Shown here in pieces: positions 41,401 through 55,357 of a stretch of DNA of 64,000 nucleotides. Under the pieces are notes generated by a model. The model was given only the letters and a program-made list of their open reading frames with translations. It did no database searches and had not been told where the DNA came from. The stretch is from Camelus dromedarius (Eukaryota): NCBI RefSeq assembly GCF_036321535.1, contig NC_087447.1, forward strand, positions 49,664,001 through 49,728,000. Direction: 5' to 3'. How positions within the stretch are numbered: position 1 is the first letter of the stretch; each line of letters opens with the position of its first letter. A program made the position numbers and the translations under genes.

Positions 41401-43382
41401 TTTCCACAGCAACAGTGGATGAGCCCTCAGAGGCTGCCTTGGGCAACCCCAGCGCTGGGGATGCTGCACAAGGCAGCCTGCCTGGAGGACAGAGGCTGAG
41501 CTGGTCATAAAGCAGGTCCCCACGTGGGTGGGATAAAGGTTTGAGCAAAGGTCAGAGGTGGGAATGATGGCCTTGATCCCTGGCTTGGCTGGGGTGGAGG
41601 GCAAGGTGACCATCAAACTTTGGGCTCCAGGAGGGGAGATGGGGGGATGGGGAGAGACTTGAGTGGCCAGAGGGAAGGGGACTGCCCCTCATTCATTGCA
41701 TCCTTGGAAGCCCCATGTTGAAAACATCAGCCACACAAGATGGGAGCAGGGAGCCTGATCTCAGAGGAGGGCTGCCTAGACAGTTACCCAGATAGGAATG
41801 TCCTCGCTGGACTTTGTGTGAACAAAAACATCCGTTTACTGTGTTACATGCTGAGATTGGGGAGTTTGTTAAGCAGTGGCCTCCCCATTGATACAGCGAG
41901 CCAGGAGCTGCACTGGCAAGGGTTCAGTAGGTAGTACACAGCACCTGCCACCTGCCACCCCTCAGGGCTCCCAGCCGGCCTGAGGGGGCCTTGCCCTGTG
42001 TGGGGAGATCTCCCTCCTGACAAGATCTCCCTCTTGACACGTGCAGGCTCAGGCAGCCTGAGGACCACAGGACCAGCCAGGCCTGGTGGAGAAGGTCAGA
42101 GGCCCTCAGGGATGGGAGAGCTGGAGTCTCCTCTGGAAATCAGGCTGCCCTTTGACCTGGGAGAAGTTCTAGGCCATCACCGCCCACAGGGGACAAAGGG
42201 CCTGGGGCCCAGCCTGTCTGGCACTGCCTGATGATGGCGGGTGGAACAGGGTCAGCCAGCACAGCACTGCCAGCAGCCATGGGACCTGGGCTCCACGTCT
42301 CAGGGGGACTGGACTTTGCTAGGTTCAGGAGAAGCAGAGGTGGGAGGATGGGAGCTGCTGAGCCAGCAAAGGCAGAGAGGAGGAGAGGGCAGAGCACAGC
42401 CGGTGAGCTTACTGCCGAGGGTCAGGGTCAAGGTGAGGTTTAGGGAACAGGGGGCTGAGGTTTACACCTCTGTGCAGCACACTTCTATTGAGATAGAGGA
42501 GGCACAAGGCAGACGGGTCCCTGACAATGCTTGGCCTCTGTCTGGGGGAACTAATGTCCAGTGAAGGAGTCAAGTAGGGAGGAGCCCTGGGAGGTGCTTG
42601 AGCTGGAGTGGGCAATGGGTGGGTCACAGGGACAGCGGATGCCTTGGGCTGACCTGGGTGTCTGTCTTAGTGACCCCAGGGAAGGGCAGAGTCAGACCCC
42701 TGAACCACTTGCTGAGAACCTACCGCGTACTAGGGTCCAAGTGGATGCTTCACACGTATTATTGCTGTGACACACACAGTGAGCGTTTCATAATAAAAGT
42801 TGTTCATGTCAGAGAGGTTAGAGTCCTCTCTGGAATCCTGGTCCCAATATGAAGTTCCCCTGCCCAGGCAGCTATCACGTGCTGCTCTCACCTGCCTGGT
42901 CTGGTCTCAAACTGGGCAGAAGGGTACTTGAAAATGGTAGGAAGCTAAGACTTAACCAGGCATACAGTGCCCCCTCCCCATTTGCTGCGTGTGGGACCCC
43001 ATGCAGTTCAAGTCCTCTCCCCTCTCAGAGTGCAGGTTTCTTCACCTGTTAATGGTTCATCCATAAATGAGTGTTCAATCAATGAACACTCTTCCTCACC
43101 ACTTCCCCTTATAAATGCCAGGAAATGGTTTGGAAAGACCTGTGAGAGTTTGTATCCATCACAAGTTATTTTTTGACTTTTCTTAGATTCTGTGTCTTCC
43201 TCTCACTTACTGCCAGTAAACTGACCTGAGCATTTCCCTTTTCAACCAGTTGAACTGGTGTCATGTTTGTCTAGCTCCACCCATAGTAGAGAATGACTAG
43301 AAATAGACAGGCAGGAAGGCCCCTCTAGCAGCCCCTTTAAAAGGTGCTCTGAAAAGACAAAAACAGCAAACCCTGGTCGAAA

Positions 43383-43895
43383 TGTTGCAGAAAAACGTTT
43401 TACAGCTCAGTTGTGACAGCAACCTGGATCTGGCCAAGAGAACAAGCAGCACTCGGAGAGTTGGAGAACTCAGGTTTACTTAGCCAGTGGGTCCAGAGGA
43501 GTTAACACTCCAAGCTCTGGAGCCAGGCTGTAGGTTTACACAGGCTTTTATAGGCTTCCAGTTTACACTTTGCAACATCATATGCAAATAAGGTATAACA
43601 AAATTTGACTAATTAGGAACAAGCTTTGTAGAAATGGAACAATCAGGAGGGAGAGAAATAACCAATCAGGAGTGAACTTCATGCAAATGAAGTACTATAA
43701 ATGGACCAATCAGGGGTTAGCTCAGGAAACCAATAGAATTTTAGGGGTAAGTTCCACTTTACTAGAAGTAAGCTGTTTCTGAGGCAAAAAAGTGAGATAG
43801 AGCCCCTGGGCCAGGGAACTGGATGGTGCTGGCAAGAGAGTAGTGGCCCTGCCTCGGGGTCCTGCCCGTCTTTTTTTATTTGGCTTCCCAACTCA
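43383..43895 (-). mobile_element. Solo LTR of the same family as 30421-30932
   Basis: Colinear high similarity to 30421-30932 over the full length, with TG...CA termini. The flanks (GAAA / CTAT) do not match each other. Confidence 0.88.
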
Positions 43896-46800
43896 CTATC
43901 AGTAAATGTCAATGATTCAGGATCAAAAGGGGCCTCCCCATCTGAAAAAAAAAAAAAAAAAGTAAATTATGTTGAAAGGGGCCAACACAGGACTGGTCTC
44001 AGCTCTCAGCCAGAGCTCTTTCCACTCTGCCTTGTGACGTGGACACGAGGAAGCACCACCCAGATGCAACTTCGAGGAAGCACGCGTGGCCCCAGCTGCA
44101 GAGCTGCCTCCATAGGAGCAACAGATGCCAAGACAGATCCAGGCGGGAAGTAAGGCTTAGCCTCTTCAGCTCAAATCAGGACAACTCTGATGGGATATTT
44201 CAGTTCGACTTCTCCCTCTGCGCAGCTCCACTGCCTTCCTTCCTCTTCCAGGTGTTGACCCCAAGGGCTCTCCCTAACATCCTGCAGGCTAATCACCATC
44301 TCAGAATCCATTTCCTGGAGAACCCACCCTGGTACATCATGTATATATGAAGAATTAATCCCAATATGAGGCTCAGAAAGGTTAACTCAGTTATCCCAAG
44401 TCACTCAAATTTTAAGTGGTTTTTGAAATTTGGAGTGAGGATTTGAAGTCACACCTGACTGCGAAGTCTGAGCACTTGGCGTTGTGAGTGTGATCTAACT
44501 ACCAACCTGGGACTCAAAGGACAGGAGCAGAAAAATTGGATTTATGTTGTGAAATTTAAAGTAACTCTTTAAGTTTTTCAATATGATACATTTTAGAAGA
44601 CTTTTTGGCAGTTTCTTATAAAGTTAAACATATGCTTATTACACAAATACTATTCATTCTCTGGAAGCCTCAGATTCTTCATCAGGGAAAGTTATGTATG
44701 CAAATGTATGTAAATTAGGAGCCATGATCTGCCCCTGGACCACTAGCTGGGGAAGGCAGGAGCCTGAAGAGCATCTTGTCCTGGGCAGGTGAGTCCTGGC
44801 CCTCCTCCTTCCCAATGTGCCTTCCCTTCCAAGTTAGCTTCCACGTTAGCCTCAGTGAGTCAGGTCCTATCTGAGGTGACCTCCTAAGGCTGAGCTCTCC
44901 AAGCAGCCTTGGACCACTTGCCTGCCTCTGGATTGTTACGTAAGAAAGAAATACACTTCTCTCTTGTTTGAATTACTGCTCTGGGATCTCTGTTTAGTCT
45001 TTTAGTCACTTGAGCATGTGGATCTGGACATGTTTGAACTAATTTCAGGTACATGAAAACAGTGTGGAACCAAGATACTGAAAAATAAAATCATGTAAGA
45101 TAGGAGGGAGTGATCAATCAGAGTTAAAAGTGTTTCAAAGTCCTTAGTTGTTTGTAAGGAGAATAGACAAATTGATTAACTTATTAACACAAAAATGTTT
45201 ATTAACATAAAGATGCACGTTGAGAGAAAAGAAAAGGGAATATAGAAAACTTTAATAAAGCCAGAAAAAGTGGTAAAAATAAGCAAAGAAGACACATGGC
45301 AAGTAGAAAATAGAATATAAGTTGGTCAGATTATTTCCAAATATATTAGTGACTGAAGTAGATATAACTGATCAAAACTTTCCAGTTACAAGACACAGAA
45401 GGTCAGATTGGAGGAAAACACAGAGCAAAGCAAAATGCAACTATACATTGTTTGCAGGAGACATATTTAAAACACAATACACAGAAATATAAAAAATGAT
45501 GGAAAAGGATGTAGTAGGTAAGTTCTAATCAAAAGGAAGTTGGTAACACCATATTGATATCAGACAAAATTGATCTTAAGACAAAAAGATTTATTGGAGA
45601 TAAAATGATCATCACATAAAAATAAAAGAAACAATTTACCAGAAATATATATGATGGTTTGCCTCTACCAATATAACTTCAAAATAAATAGAGCAAAACT
45701 TGGTAGAATCTTAAAAAGGAATGCAGAAATCCATCATCATTATTAGAGAGAGTTTTTTGTTTTTTTTAAACACATCTAAGTAACTGATAAACACATAAAT
45801 GTTGTTAGGAATGTAGAAGATTTAAATAATTAATAAGGTTGATCCTGCACCCTGCACCCTGCATCCAACAATTAGAAGATACACATTCTTTTCAAACTTA
45901 CTTAGAACATATAAAAATTGAGCACATAGTAGGTCACAAAATAAACATAAGCAGATACCGAAGACTTATACAAATCACTGATGACAGTGCAATGATTTAG
46001 GAGCCACTAATACAAGATAATCACATATCTCCACATATTTAGAATTAAAAAAGGAAAAATACTTCCGAATAATTCGTAAATATAAAGGAATTTATAGTGT
46101 ATACTAGGAAATATTCAGTGCTAAAATTAATGAAAATATTACATATCAGATCCCATAGGCTACAGCTAAAAACAATATTCACAGGGAAATTAATCACCTA
46201 AATACATACTTTGGAAACAAAGAAAGATTAAAAATACTCTATTGATTAGATTCAAGAAGTTAGAGACTATCTAGAGCAAACATAAAGAAAGTAGAAAGGG
46301 GAAAAATAATAAAGAAAATAACAAGTTAATTGAATCTGAAAAGAACTGTATGTTAGAGACTGTCAAAAAATCCAAAAGCTGCTTCTTTAAAATAGACAAA
46401 TCTCTGACAGAGTCATCCAGAAACAAATAAACAAACAAACAAAACACAAAAAAGAAAGAAATCACATATCAACAATTTTAGGGTAGTAGGAGAGACAACT
46501 ATAGATACAGCAGAGATTTAAAGAATCTAGGCAAATACCAAGAATAACTTTCTGCTGATATATTTGGAAAACATTGCATGGCCCACAACTATCTTGACAT
46601 CCTGGTATGCCTAGTCCTGGGTGGTCCTCTCCTACACTGCCTAGAGCTGAACTGTGTAACCAATAGGATGCTGTGAAAATGATGGCGTGTGACTTTTGAA
46701 GCCAGGTCAGAAAAGACATTGAGGCTTCATCTTGCTCTCCCTTGGATCTCACTCTGGGGAAACCAGCCATTGTGTTGTGAGGATACTCAGACAATCTCAG

Positions 46801-49800
46801 TTCCAAATGATGAGGAACCGAGGACTCCTGCTATCAGCCATATGAGTGGCCCAAATTAGAGGTGGCTCCTCCAGCCCCAGTCAGACTTTCAAATAACTGC
46901 AACCCTGGCTGACATGTTGACTGCAACTGCATGTGAGACCTTGAAGCAGAAGCACCCAGCTAGCCATTCCTGAATTCCTGACCCACAGACATTACAGGGA
47001 ATGATAAACATTTACTGCTATTTAGTGCTAAGTATCGTGGAAATTTTGTTAATTTTTAAATAGACTGTTTTATGCATGTATTTTTAATAGACTTTAATTT
47101 TTAGAGCAGTTATATGTTCACAGCAAAATTGAGCAGAAAGTACAGAGAGTTATCATATACCCTCGCCCCCACATGCACACAGTCTCCCCCACTATCAAAA
47201 TCCTGCACCAGAGCAGAAAATTTATTATGACTGAGGAACCTACATGGACACATCATCATTCAAAGTCCATAGTCTACACTAGTGTTCACTTTTGGTGTTT
47301 TACACTCTATGGATTTTGACAAATGTATAATAACATGAATCCACCATTATAGTATCCTACAGAATAGTCTCACTGCCCTTTGCACATTCATCCTTCCCTC
47401 CACCCTAACCCCTGGCAACCATTGATCTTTTTACCATCTCCATGGTTTTGCCGTTTTTACAATACTATACAGATGGAATCATTCAGTATGTAGACTTTTC
47501 AGATTGGCTTCTTTCATTTAGTAATATGCATTTAAGATTCCTCCGTGTTTTTTCATGACTTGATATCTCATTTCTTTTTAGCACTAAGTAATATTTCATT
47601 GTTTGGATGTACCACAATTCATTTAGCATTCAGCTACTGAAGGAAATCCTGGTTGCTTCCCCGTTTGGGCAAGTATAAATAAAACTGCTGTGAACATTCT
47701 TGTACAGGTTTTTGATGGACATACATTTTCTAGTCATTCAAGTAAATATGAAGAAGCATGACTTTAAGATTATTGCATTGTAAATGAGTATGTTTACTTT
47801 TGTAAAAAACTGCCAAACTGTCTTCCACCATGACTGTACCATTTTGCAATCCCAACAGCAATGAATGAGAGTTCCTGTTACTCCCCATCCTTGGCAGCAT
47901 TTGGTGATGTCAGTGTTCTGGATTGTGGCCATTCTAACAAGTGTGTAGAGGTATGTCATTGTTGTTTTAATTTGCAGTTCCCTAATGAGATAGGATGTGG
48001 AGCATCTTTCCATATGGTGATTTGCCATCTGCAAATCTCTGGGGGAAGTGTCTGCTCAGGCCTTTTACCTATTTATTAATCTGTTTGTTCATTTTCTTAT
48101 TCTTGAGTTTTAAGAGTTTTTTGTTTATTTTGTGTAATGGTCCTTTTTTAGATATGCCTTTTGCAAATATTTTCTCCAGGTTTGTGGTTTGTCTTCTCAT
48201 TCTCTTGACAGTGTCTTTGGAAAGTGGAATTTAATTTAAAGTTTAATTTAATGAAGTCTACTTTGTCATTTTTTTCTTTCAGTAATTGTGTCTTTGGTGT
48301 TGTATCTAAAAAGGGATCACCATTTCCAAGGTCACCTAGATTTCTCCTGTTACCACCTAGGAGTTTTATAGTTTTGCATTTTACATTTAGGTCTGATTCA
48401 TTTTGAGATATTTTTCGTGAAGGGTGTAAAGTCTGTGACTAGATTCGTTTTTATGTCTGTAGATGTTCTGCTGTTCCAGAACCCAGAGATGTACTCTGTT
48501 GTCCCAAGGTCATCTAGGTTTTTCTCCTTTGTTATTTTCTAGGAGTTGTATAGTTTTGCATTTTATATTTAAGTCTGTGATGCATTTTGAGTTAATTTTT
48601 GCAAAGGGTCTGTACCTAGATTCATATTTTTTTACATGTGAATTCCTCATTATTCCAGTACCACTTATTGAAAAGACTATCATTTCTCCACAGTACTGCC
48701 TTTGTTCCTTTGTCAAAGATGAGTTGATGATATTCATGTGGGCCTATTTTAGGACTCTGTTCTGTTCCATTGATGATTTGTCCCTTCTTTCATCAATACT
48801 ACACTGTCCTGTTTACAGTCAGACCAGAACATTCAAGACCTGTAGTAAAATAATGAACAGTGTAATATTAAAGTTATTGAAATCCTGTAAGAAGAAGAGA
48901 TAACAGAGCAGAAAAAAAATGTTTAAAGAGACAGGCTGAACATTTTCCAGAAATAATGAAAGATATGAAACCAGAGATCCTAGAACACAGGAACTCTCAA
49001 CAGGATAGTTTTTTTTGTTTTTTTTTTTAATTTAGATCCATTATGTTAAAGCTGCTAAAAACCAAAAGTAAAGTGAAAATCTGTTTGACAACCAGATCAA
49101 AATATACATTATATACAGAGGAACAAAGATTAGAACTACATCTTTAAGGAGCTGAGAGGGAAAAAAAGTTGTCAACTCCAAGTTCTCTACCCAGTGAAAA
49201 TATTTTTCAAAATTTAAGGTGAAAATGCAGGTGTTTTTAGACAAACAAAAGCCAAAAGCATTCATTCCCAGCAGGCTTGTGCTATAATAAACATTAAAGG
49301 AAGTTCTTCAGGCAGATAGAATATGATACCAAATAAAAACCTGGATGTACACCAAGAAATGAACAATACCCAAAAGGGTAAAAATGAAGACAGATATAAA
49401 ATCCTTTTAGAGCTCCCCAGGTTCACAGTCATATCACCTGCAAAGATTAGATTCACTCCTTTTCTCCCCAATTCTTATGCCTCTTGTTGAGTTCTCTTCT
49501 CTCACTGCTTCGCCTAATGCGTCTAGTACAATGCTGAGTAGCAGAGGGCTTCTTTGTTTACTGCTGATCTCAGTGGACTGCCCCTAGCATTTCCCCATTA
49601 AGTCAGACTCTAACTTTGGGAACAAAGTACGTGTATTTGATCACATTAAGAAGATACTCATCAATTGTAGTCTGTAGTGAGTTTGGTCAAGAGCCTTTTC
49701 AGCATCTATTGAAATAACCATATGATTTTCTTTTTAAATCTATTCATCTGATGTACTATGTTAGTAGTGCCCCTAATCCCTCTTTTTCATAGTATTTGGT

Positions 49801-51054
49801 AATGTGATGTTGAATTATTTTCTAATATTTTCTAATGTAATATTTCTAACATTTTATTTAAATATTTTGCCTTAGTATTCAAAGCAATTCAAAAAGTTTA
49901 TCATTTGCTTTTTTGTGCTGCTTTCTAAAAATTGAGTTTAAATGGTTTAAATAGCAATGTGATACTTGCTACATGAGAACAAAATTAGAAGTTTTTCTCC
50001 ATTTTAAAAGCTTTGAAACAACTTATGGAGCATTGAGACTATCTAGTCTTTATAGATTCGGTTTAATTATTTTGTGAAAGCATCTAGAACTGGTGCTATT
50101 TTGGGGAGAAATTCCTCTGTTTCTTCTATGGAATTGTTGTTTTACCTGTGCATCTTTAATTGGGTCAGTTTGGTAAACTGTATTTTCCTAGGAAACTATC
50201 AATTTTATAAAAGAATAAAAGTTTATTTGCATTGACAACTGCAAAGTAGTTTCTCTGACTTTTTAAATTTCTCTGTTTCAATGATTTCCCCACTTTCTTA
50301 TTTTGTGTACGTGTGATTTGTCCTTTTTATTCTTGACTACATTATTTCATTTTCTTAGAAATCAAAATTTTCACTTATTAAGTGAAATTTTCCCACTTAA
50401 TAAGTGGAAATGTCTATCTCATTAATTTCTGCTTTTATCTTTACTATTTTCTTCCTTCTGCTTTCTTGTATGTTTCCTTGTTGCTCTTTTGCTAGATTTT
50501 TTTTGACCTGAGAATTTAATTCACTTATTCTTTCTATTAATTTTATTCACATATATGTTTCCTCAAAATGAACAGTGGATTCAACATGCTATGAATTCTA
50601 ACATATCAAGAGAGAATTTTTGGAATTTGTTAAGATGATTCTAAAACATGTATGGAGGAATAAAGGGTAAATTAGACCCTGGAAACTTGGAAGATAGAAG
50701 AGCCAGGAGGCTTGCCTTCCCAGATGTTAGAACTAAATAATGGTGTGGCACTGGCAGAGGTAGGTAAATTGACCAGTGAAAGAGTAAAAGGCCAACAGAG
50801 ACCACATATGTGCAGAACTCTTGTACGACAGAGGTGGGACATTACATTACTGGGGAAGGGAGGGATGTTCGGCACAGGGGACAGCACAGAGTGGATCCTC
50901 AAGGTTAAAGGTACAACTGGAACTTAACTTATGCTGTGGAAACATCCGGATGATCAAGAATTTATTCATGGAAAACAAAACTTTCAATTCTTAATGGAAA
51001 AGATTTTCTAAACCAGACCAAGCCATGTCTATTTAATGAAAGGCCGATAACCAT

Positions 51055-51676
51055 TGAGACAGGAGGGAAAGGGGCAGGGCACAGCCACTTAAGGAATGAC
51101 AACAACCAAAACGGTGGAAGACTCACCTCCTAGTTGGCCTTAAGGATTAAGAGGTTTAACTTCTAGTAGACCTTGAGCTTTATTATGTGCTCATTGTAGC
51201 AGTGCGATAACATGCAGACATCACAACAGCCCCAAGGCTAACTGAAAAGGCCAAAGAATGGGTGATGACCCAATCCCTGGGAATCCCAGCCCCTTCCCCA
51301 GGGCAGTTGGATTGATCCCACCTGTAGGCGTGTGAAGCTACTGAGCCCATAAAAAGTGACAACACCACACCTAGTGGCCCTTTGCGTGCTCTCTCCCCTT
51401 TGGAGACGGCCCGGACTCTGTCTATGGAGTGTGTACCTACTTTTACTTTAACCTGAGCACCCAATTCCCACACCTCTTTCCTTGCCTCTCTCTTGCCTTA
51501 CATTGTATGCAGTATGTATCTTTCTAAATAAATCTACCTTTACTCAACGGTGGCTCACTCTTGAATTCTTTCCTGCAGGAAGCCAAGGACCCACACTTGG
51601 CGGGGCATGTCCCAGGGGCACAACTGAGACCGGGGACACAGCCCTTCTCATGCCCCACATCTGTTTTCCTGCATTA
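51055..51676 (+). mobile_element. Solo LTR (ERV1-like), copy-B-specific
   Basis: Starts TGAGACAGGAGGGAA, has a CATAAAAA TATA-like box and AATAAA at 51527-51532, and is flanked by CCAT/CTAT. Absent near 22945 in copy A. Confidence 0.85.
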
Positions 51677-51707
51677 CTATGAATATGTTAAAATTAAAAA
51701 AAAAATG

Positions 51708-52020
51708 TTTTTTAGAGTGGGGTTTTATTTTTTGTGTAAAGAGGCCACTTAAAGAGAGCAAAGATTGTACTGACACAGGTGGGCTGAGGGAGACCTAGAG
51801 GCCAGAACCAGGAAGACAGAGGGGTGGTATCTTGGTCCCCCTATCCACCAGTCATCGGGATGGGGCAGGGAAGACTGACAGCTGCTCCGCAACCCCCATT
51901 CCCTTGCACCTAATACTGTATAAGAATGAGCCAGACTACATCCATTGACCTAGAAGAATATAGCAGGAGACCCTCAATACCCTACTCCAGACCCCTAAAA
52001 TTTAAGGGGTCCCTTAGAGA
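51708..52020 (-). pseudogene. Candidate retrocopied mRNA 3'UTR fragment, parent unknown
   Basis: About 310 bp insertion absent in copy A. On the minus strand it ends AATAAA-accccactct-AAAAAA, and it does not resemble a common repeat by eye. Confidence 0.45.
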
Positions 52021-52265
52021 TTCATTCATTCAGTGACTCCTTAAAACACAAGCTAAAAATTGGGGGAGGGGGAGAAATTTACAATATACGACACCAACAA
52101 ATGTTAGTATCATGAGTGCATAAAAAACATCAAATTTAGAAAAAAAAAAAGCACAAACAACACTGTAGAGAAATGGATGAAAATTAGAACAAGCTTTTTA
52201 CAGAGAGGACACACCTGTGAATAAAGACAGTTTCAGTATCTGTGATCAGGAAATGTGTATCAAAA

Positions 52266-52921
52266 TGAGACAGGAGGGAAGGGGGCAGGACATAGCCATT
52301 CAAAGAATGACAGCAATTAACACCAGAAAGGTGGAAGATTCAACTCCCAGTTGGCCTTGAGGCTTGAGATGGAGGGAGGTTTGACTTCTAGTAAACCTTG
52401 AGCTTCATTATGTACTCATTGTAACATATTAACATAGTAAATAACATGCCCACAGGCTCCATGACAGTCCCAAGGCTAACTACAAAAGAGGGGGCAGTGG
52501 TCCAATTCGTGGGAATCCCAGCCCCTTCCCCAGGGTAGTTGGAATATTCCTCCCATTTGTAGGCATGTGAAGCTACCTAGCCCATAAAAACTGGCAACAC
52601 CATGCCTCGTGGCCGCCTCTCTTCCTCCCTCCTCTTCAGAGATGGCCCGCATTCTGTCTATGGAGTGTATATCTACTTTTACTTTAACCTGAGCATTCAA
52701 CCCCGACACCTCGTGGCCTTTCTCTTGCCCTCTGAAACAGCCTACACTCTATGTAGTATGTATCTCTCTAAATAAATCTACCTTTATTCAACTGTGGCTT
52801 ACTCCTGAATTCTTCCTGCGCCAAGTCAAGGACCCACATGTGGTAGGGTAAGTCCCAGGGGGCTCCACCTAGACCTGGGACATGACCCTCTTCATGCCCT
52901 ATATCCGTTTTTCCTGCGTTA
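52266..52921 (+). mobile_element. Solo LTR of the same family as 51055-51676, copy-B-specific
   Basis: Same start and end sequences, AAAA target duplication, AATAAA near 52771. Absent near 23195 in copy A. Confidence 0.85.
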
Positions 52922-53344
52922 AAAACCCCAACAAGATACCACTTTAAACCCTGGCGTATAATAAGATGTCTGACCATACCAGGGACCACAGAGGCTCTGT
53001 GTCTATGCCATCTCATGTATATTCCTGCTGAGGGTGTAAACTGCTGCTCCTGTTTTGGAAACAGTCTGGCACTACTATGCCCAAGCTCTACCATTCACGT
53101 GCTGTTTGATCCAGCAATCTCTCTGGCTGTGATGAGATGTGGGTGGGAGAAAGGGCACAGGGACAGAGACCAGTAAGAAAGCTGGTGTCAGAGTCCCTCC
53201 AAGAGGCTGGCTGTCGGGGTGGAAAGCAGTTTTCCAAATGCAAGAGGTATTTAATCCACAAAAGATTGGAACAAGAGTTTCACAGAAAATGATGTCCAAG
53301 TGGTCAATAAACGTATTAAAATGTGGCCAACCTCACTGGGAATT

Positions 53345-54735
53345 TGTTAGCCAATAGTGAGATCCCTAAATTAGGGTCCTTGCCTGCTGGCTGGAAAGAA
53401 TTCACAGCTGAGGCAGAGGGATAGAGTGAAAACTGCTTTTATTTCTCAAAAGAGGGAAAAGAAGGAACATGCTCAAACAGGTAGAAGGAAAGAAAAGCAC
53501 TCAAGCAGGGAGCTGTCAGCCAAGATGAGAGGTAGAGACAGCTCCAGGCTGGGTTGGGAAACATCGTCTTTATGGGAGGCATCTGCCATCATGTCCTCCT
53601 TCCGGGTGTGATGGAGCCAATCAGTCCTTCTATGAGCTTTTCAGTCCTTGTATGGGCTTTTCTGGTTGGCAGTCAACTGTCCTGGCACTGGTGGGTGTGT
53701 CATTTAGCATGTTAATACTTTACAATAACTGTATAATGAGGCTCCATTGAAAGTGGAAGGTCCACTGGAAGTCAAATCCTCCACCATTTTTGACCCCATC
53801 AGGTTCTAGCCAGTTCTTGTTTCTTCTCTGCAGCTGCCTCCTGAGACTTAGATAGAAGCAATTGGTTTCTATGTCTATGAGTCTGTTTCTGTTTTGTATT
53901 TATGTTCTTTTTTTTTTTTTTTTTTTTTTTAGATTCCACATATGAGTGACCTCATATGGTATTTTTCTTTCTCTTTCTGGCTTACTTCACTTAGAATGAC
54001 ATTCTCCAGGGACATCCATGTTGCTGCAAATGGAGTTACGATGTCATTTTTATGGCCAAATAGTATTCCATTGTATAAATATACAATATCTTCTTTATCC
54101 AGTCATCTGTTGACGGACATTTAGGCTGTTTCCATGTCTTGGCTATTGTAAATAGTGCTGCTATGAACACTGGGGTGCAGGTGTCTTTCTGAAGTAGAGT
54201 TCCTTCTGGATATATGCCCAGGAGCAGGATTCCTGGGTCCTATGGTAAGTCTATTCCTAGTCTTTTGAGGAATCTCCATATTGTTTTCCACAGTGGCTGC
54301 ACCAAACTGCATTCCCACCAGCAGTGTAGGAGGGTTCCCTTTTCTCCACAGCCTCTCCAGCATTTGTCATTTGTGGACTTTTGAAAGATGGCCATTCTGA
54401 CTGGTGTGAGTCCAAGGTGGGGGGTGGGGGAGGGACAGACTGGGAGTTCAAAAGTTGTAGATACTGACAGGCATATGCAGAATAGATAAACAAGATTATA
54501 TTGTATAGCACAGGGAAATATATACAAGATCTTGTGGTAGCTCACAGCAAAAAAAAAAGTGACAATGAATATATGTATGTTCTCGTATAACTGAAAAATT
54601 GTGCTCTACACTGGAATTTGACACAACATTGTAAAATGACTATAACTCAATAAAAAATGTTAAAAAAAGAAGTAATTGGTTTCTAGTTGAGGGAGGGGCA
54701 GGGATATGATGCTGGGGGTAGCAGCCTTGGTAACA
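53345..54735 (-). mobile_element. LTR element interrupted by an inverted L1
   Basis: Starts TGTTAGCC with gaaagaattca...ttttatt, typical of an antisense LTR, resumes after the L1 and ends GGTAACA. Absent in copy A. The target duplication is not clean. Confidence 0.6.
53872..54667. mobile_element. 5'-inverted (twin-primed) young LINE-1 insertion
   Basis: An antisense L1 segment (about 53872-54410) is joined to a sense 3'UTR with AATAAA and an A tail (about 54411-54667). It is flanked by AGAAGCAATTGGTTTCTA (53854-53871) and AGAAGTAATTGGTTTCTA (54668-54685). Confidence 0.88.
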
Positions 54736-55040
54736 ATAAGGAAAGTTGCTTTTAACCAGAATGGCTGCAATCTGATGGACCCAGCATCCCCCCAAAAAAA
54801 CCATCTCCAAAGATTCTGTTCAGCCCTGAAAGTTCTAAAGGGAAATGGGGGAGTAATCTCAGTTAATCCTTGAGATAGGAGGTCAGAGTCGTTGCCATCC
54901 CCCAGTGCCTGCAGGCTTGTCCTAATCAACTGCTTGAGCCTGAGCCTGCTCTTCTGTGGCTCAGGGAGGCCTGGAAGACTTCAGGTAGGGGCAGGGGGGC
55001 GTGCCCATAGCGTCCTGCTCCTTTTCAAAATCACTAGGAC

Positions 55041-55357
55041 TGTGAAGGAAAAGCCGGGCTGGGCCTACTCGTACATAAATCTAAGTTTAACAAGCGTCGG
55101 ATTACTGACCTGTTCTTTTTAAGAAGTTCTAGTTTACTGATTCCCTGCTTCCCTTTTGTGATATTGCTGAGTTTTCACCCTCTATTGGTTAAAAATCCCA
55201 AGCTTGTAATTAACCCTGTAAAACCTCACGCACCCATCTTGAAGGTGCTCAGAGCTCCAGAGCAGAAGCCCCTCTGAGCCCGCCGGCATAATAAATCTGA
55301 GTACTCCAGCCCTCCAAGTGGTGCTTGTTTCTTGGCTGGCCTGTGGTTTCCGTAACA
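55041..55357 (+). mobile_element. Short solo LTR (ERV1-like), copy-B-specific
   Basis: TG...CA termini, AATAAA at 55290-55295, flanks GGAC/GGTC. Its 3' part resembles the reverse complement of the 30421/43383 LTR family. Confidence 0.8.

Noticed and set aside
48325..48640. Roughly 175-bp diverged direct repeat in unit B
   Set aside because: It lies wholly within L1 sequence and is a local duplication or second L1 fragment with no sign of function.
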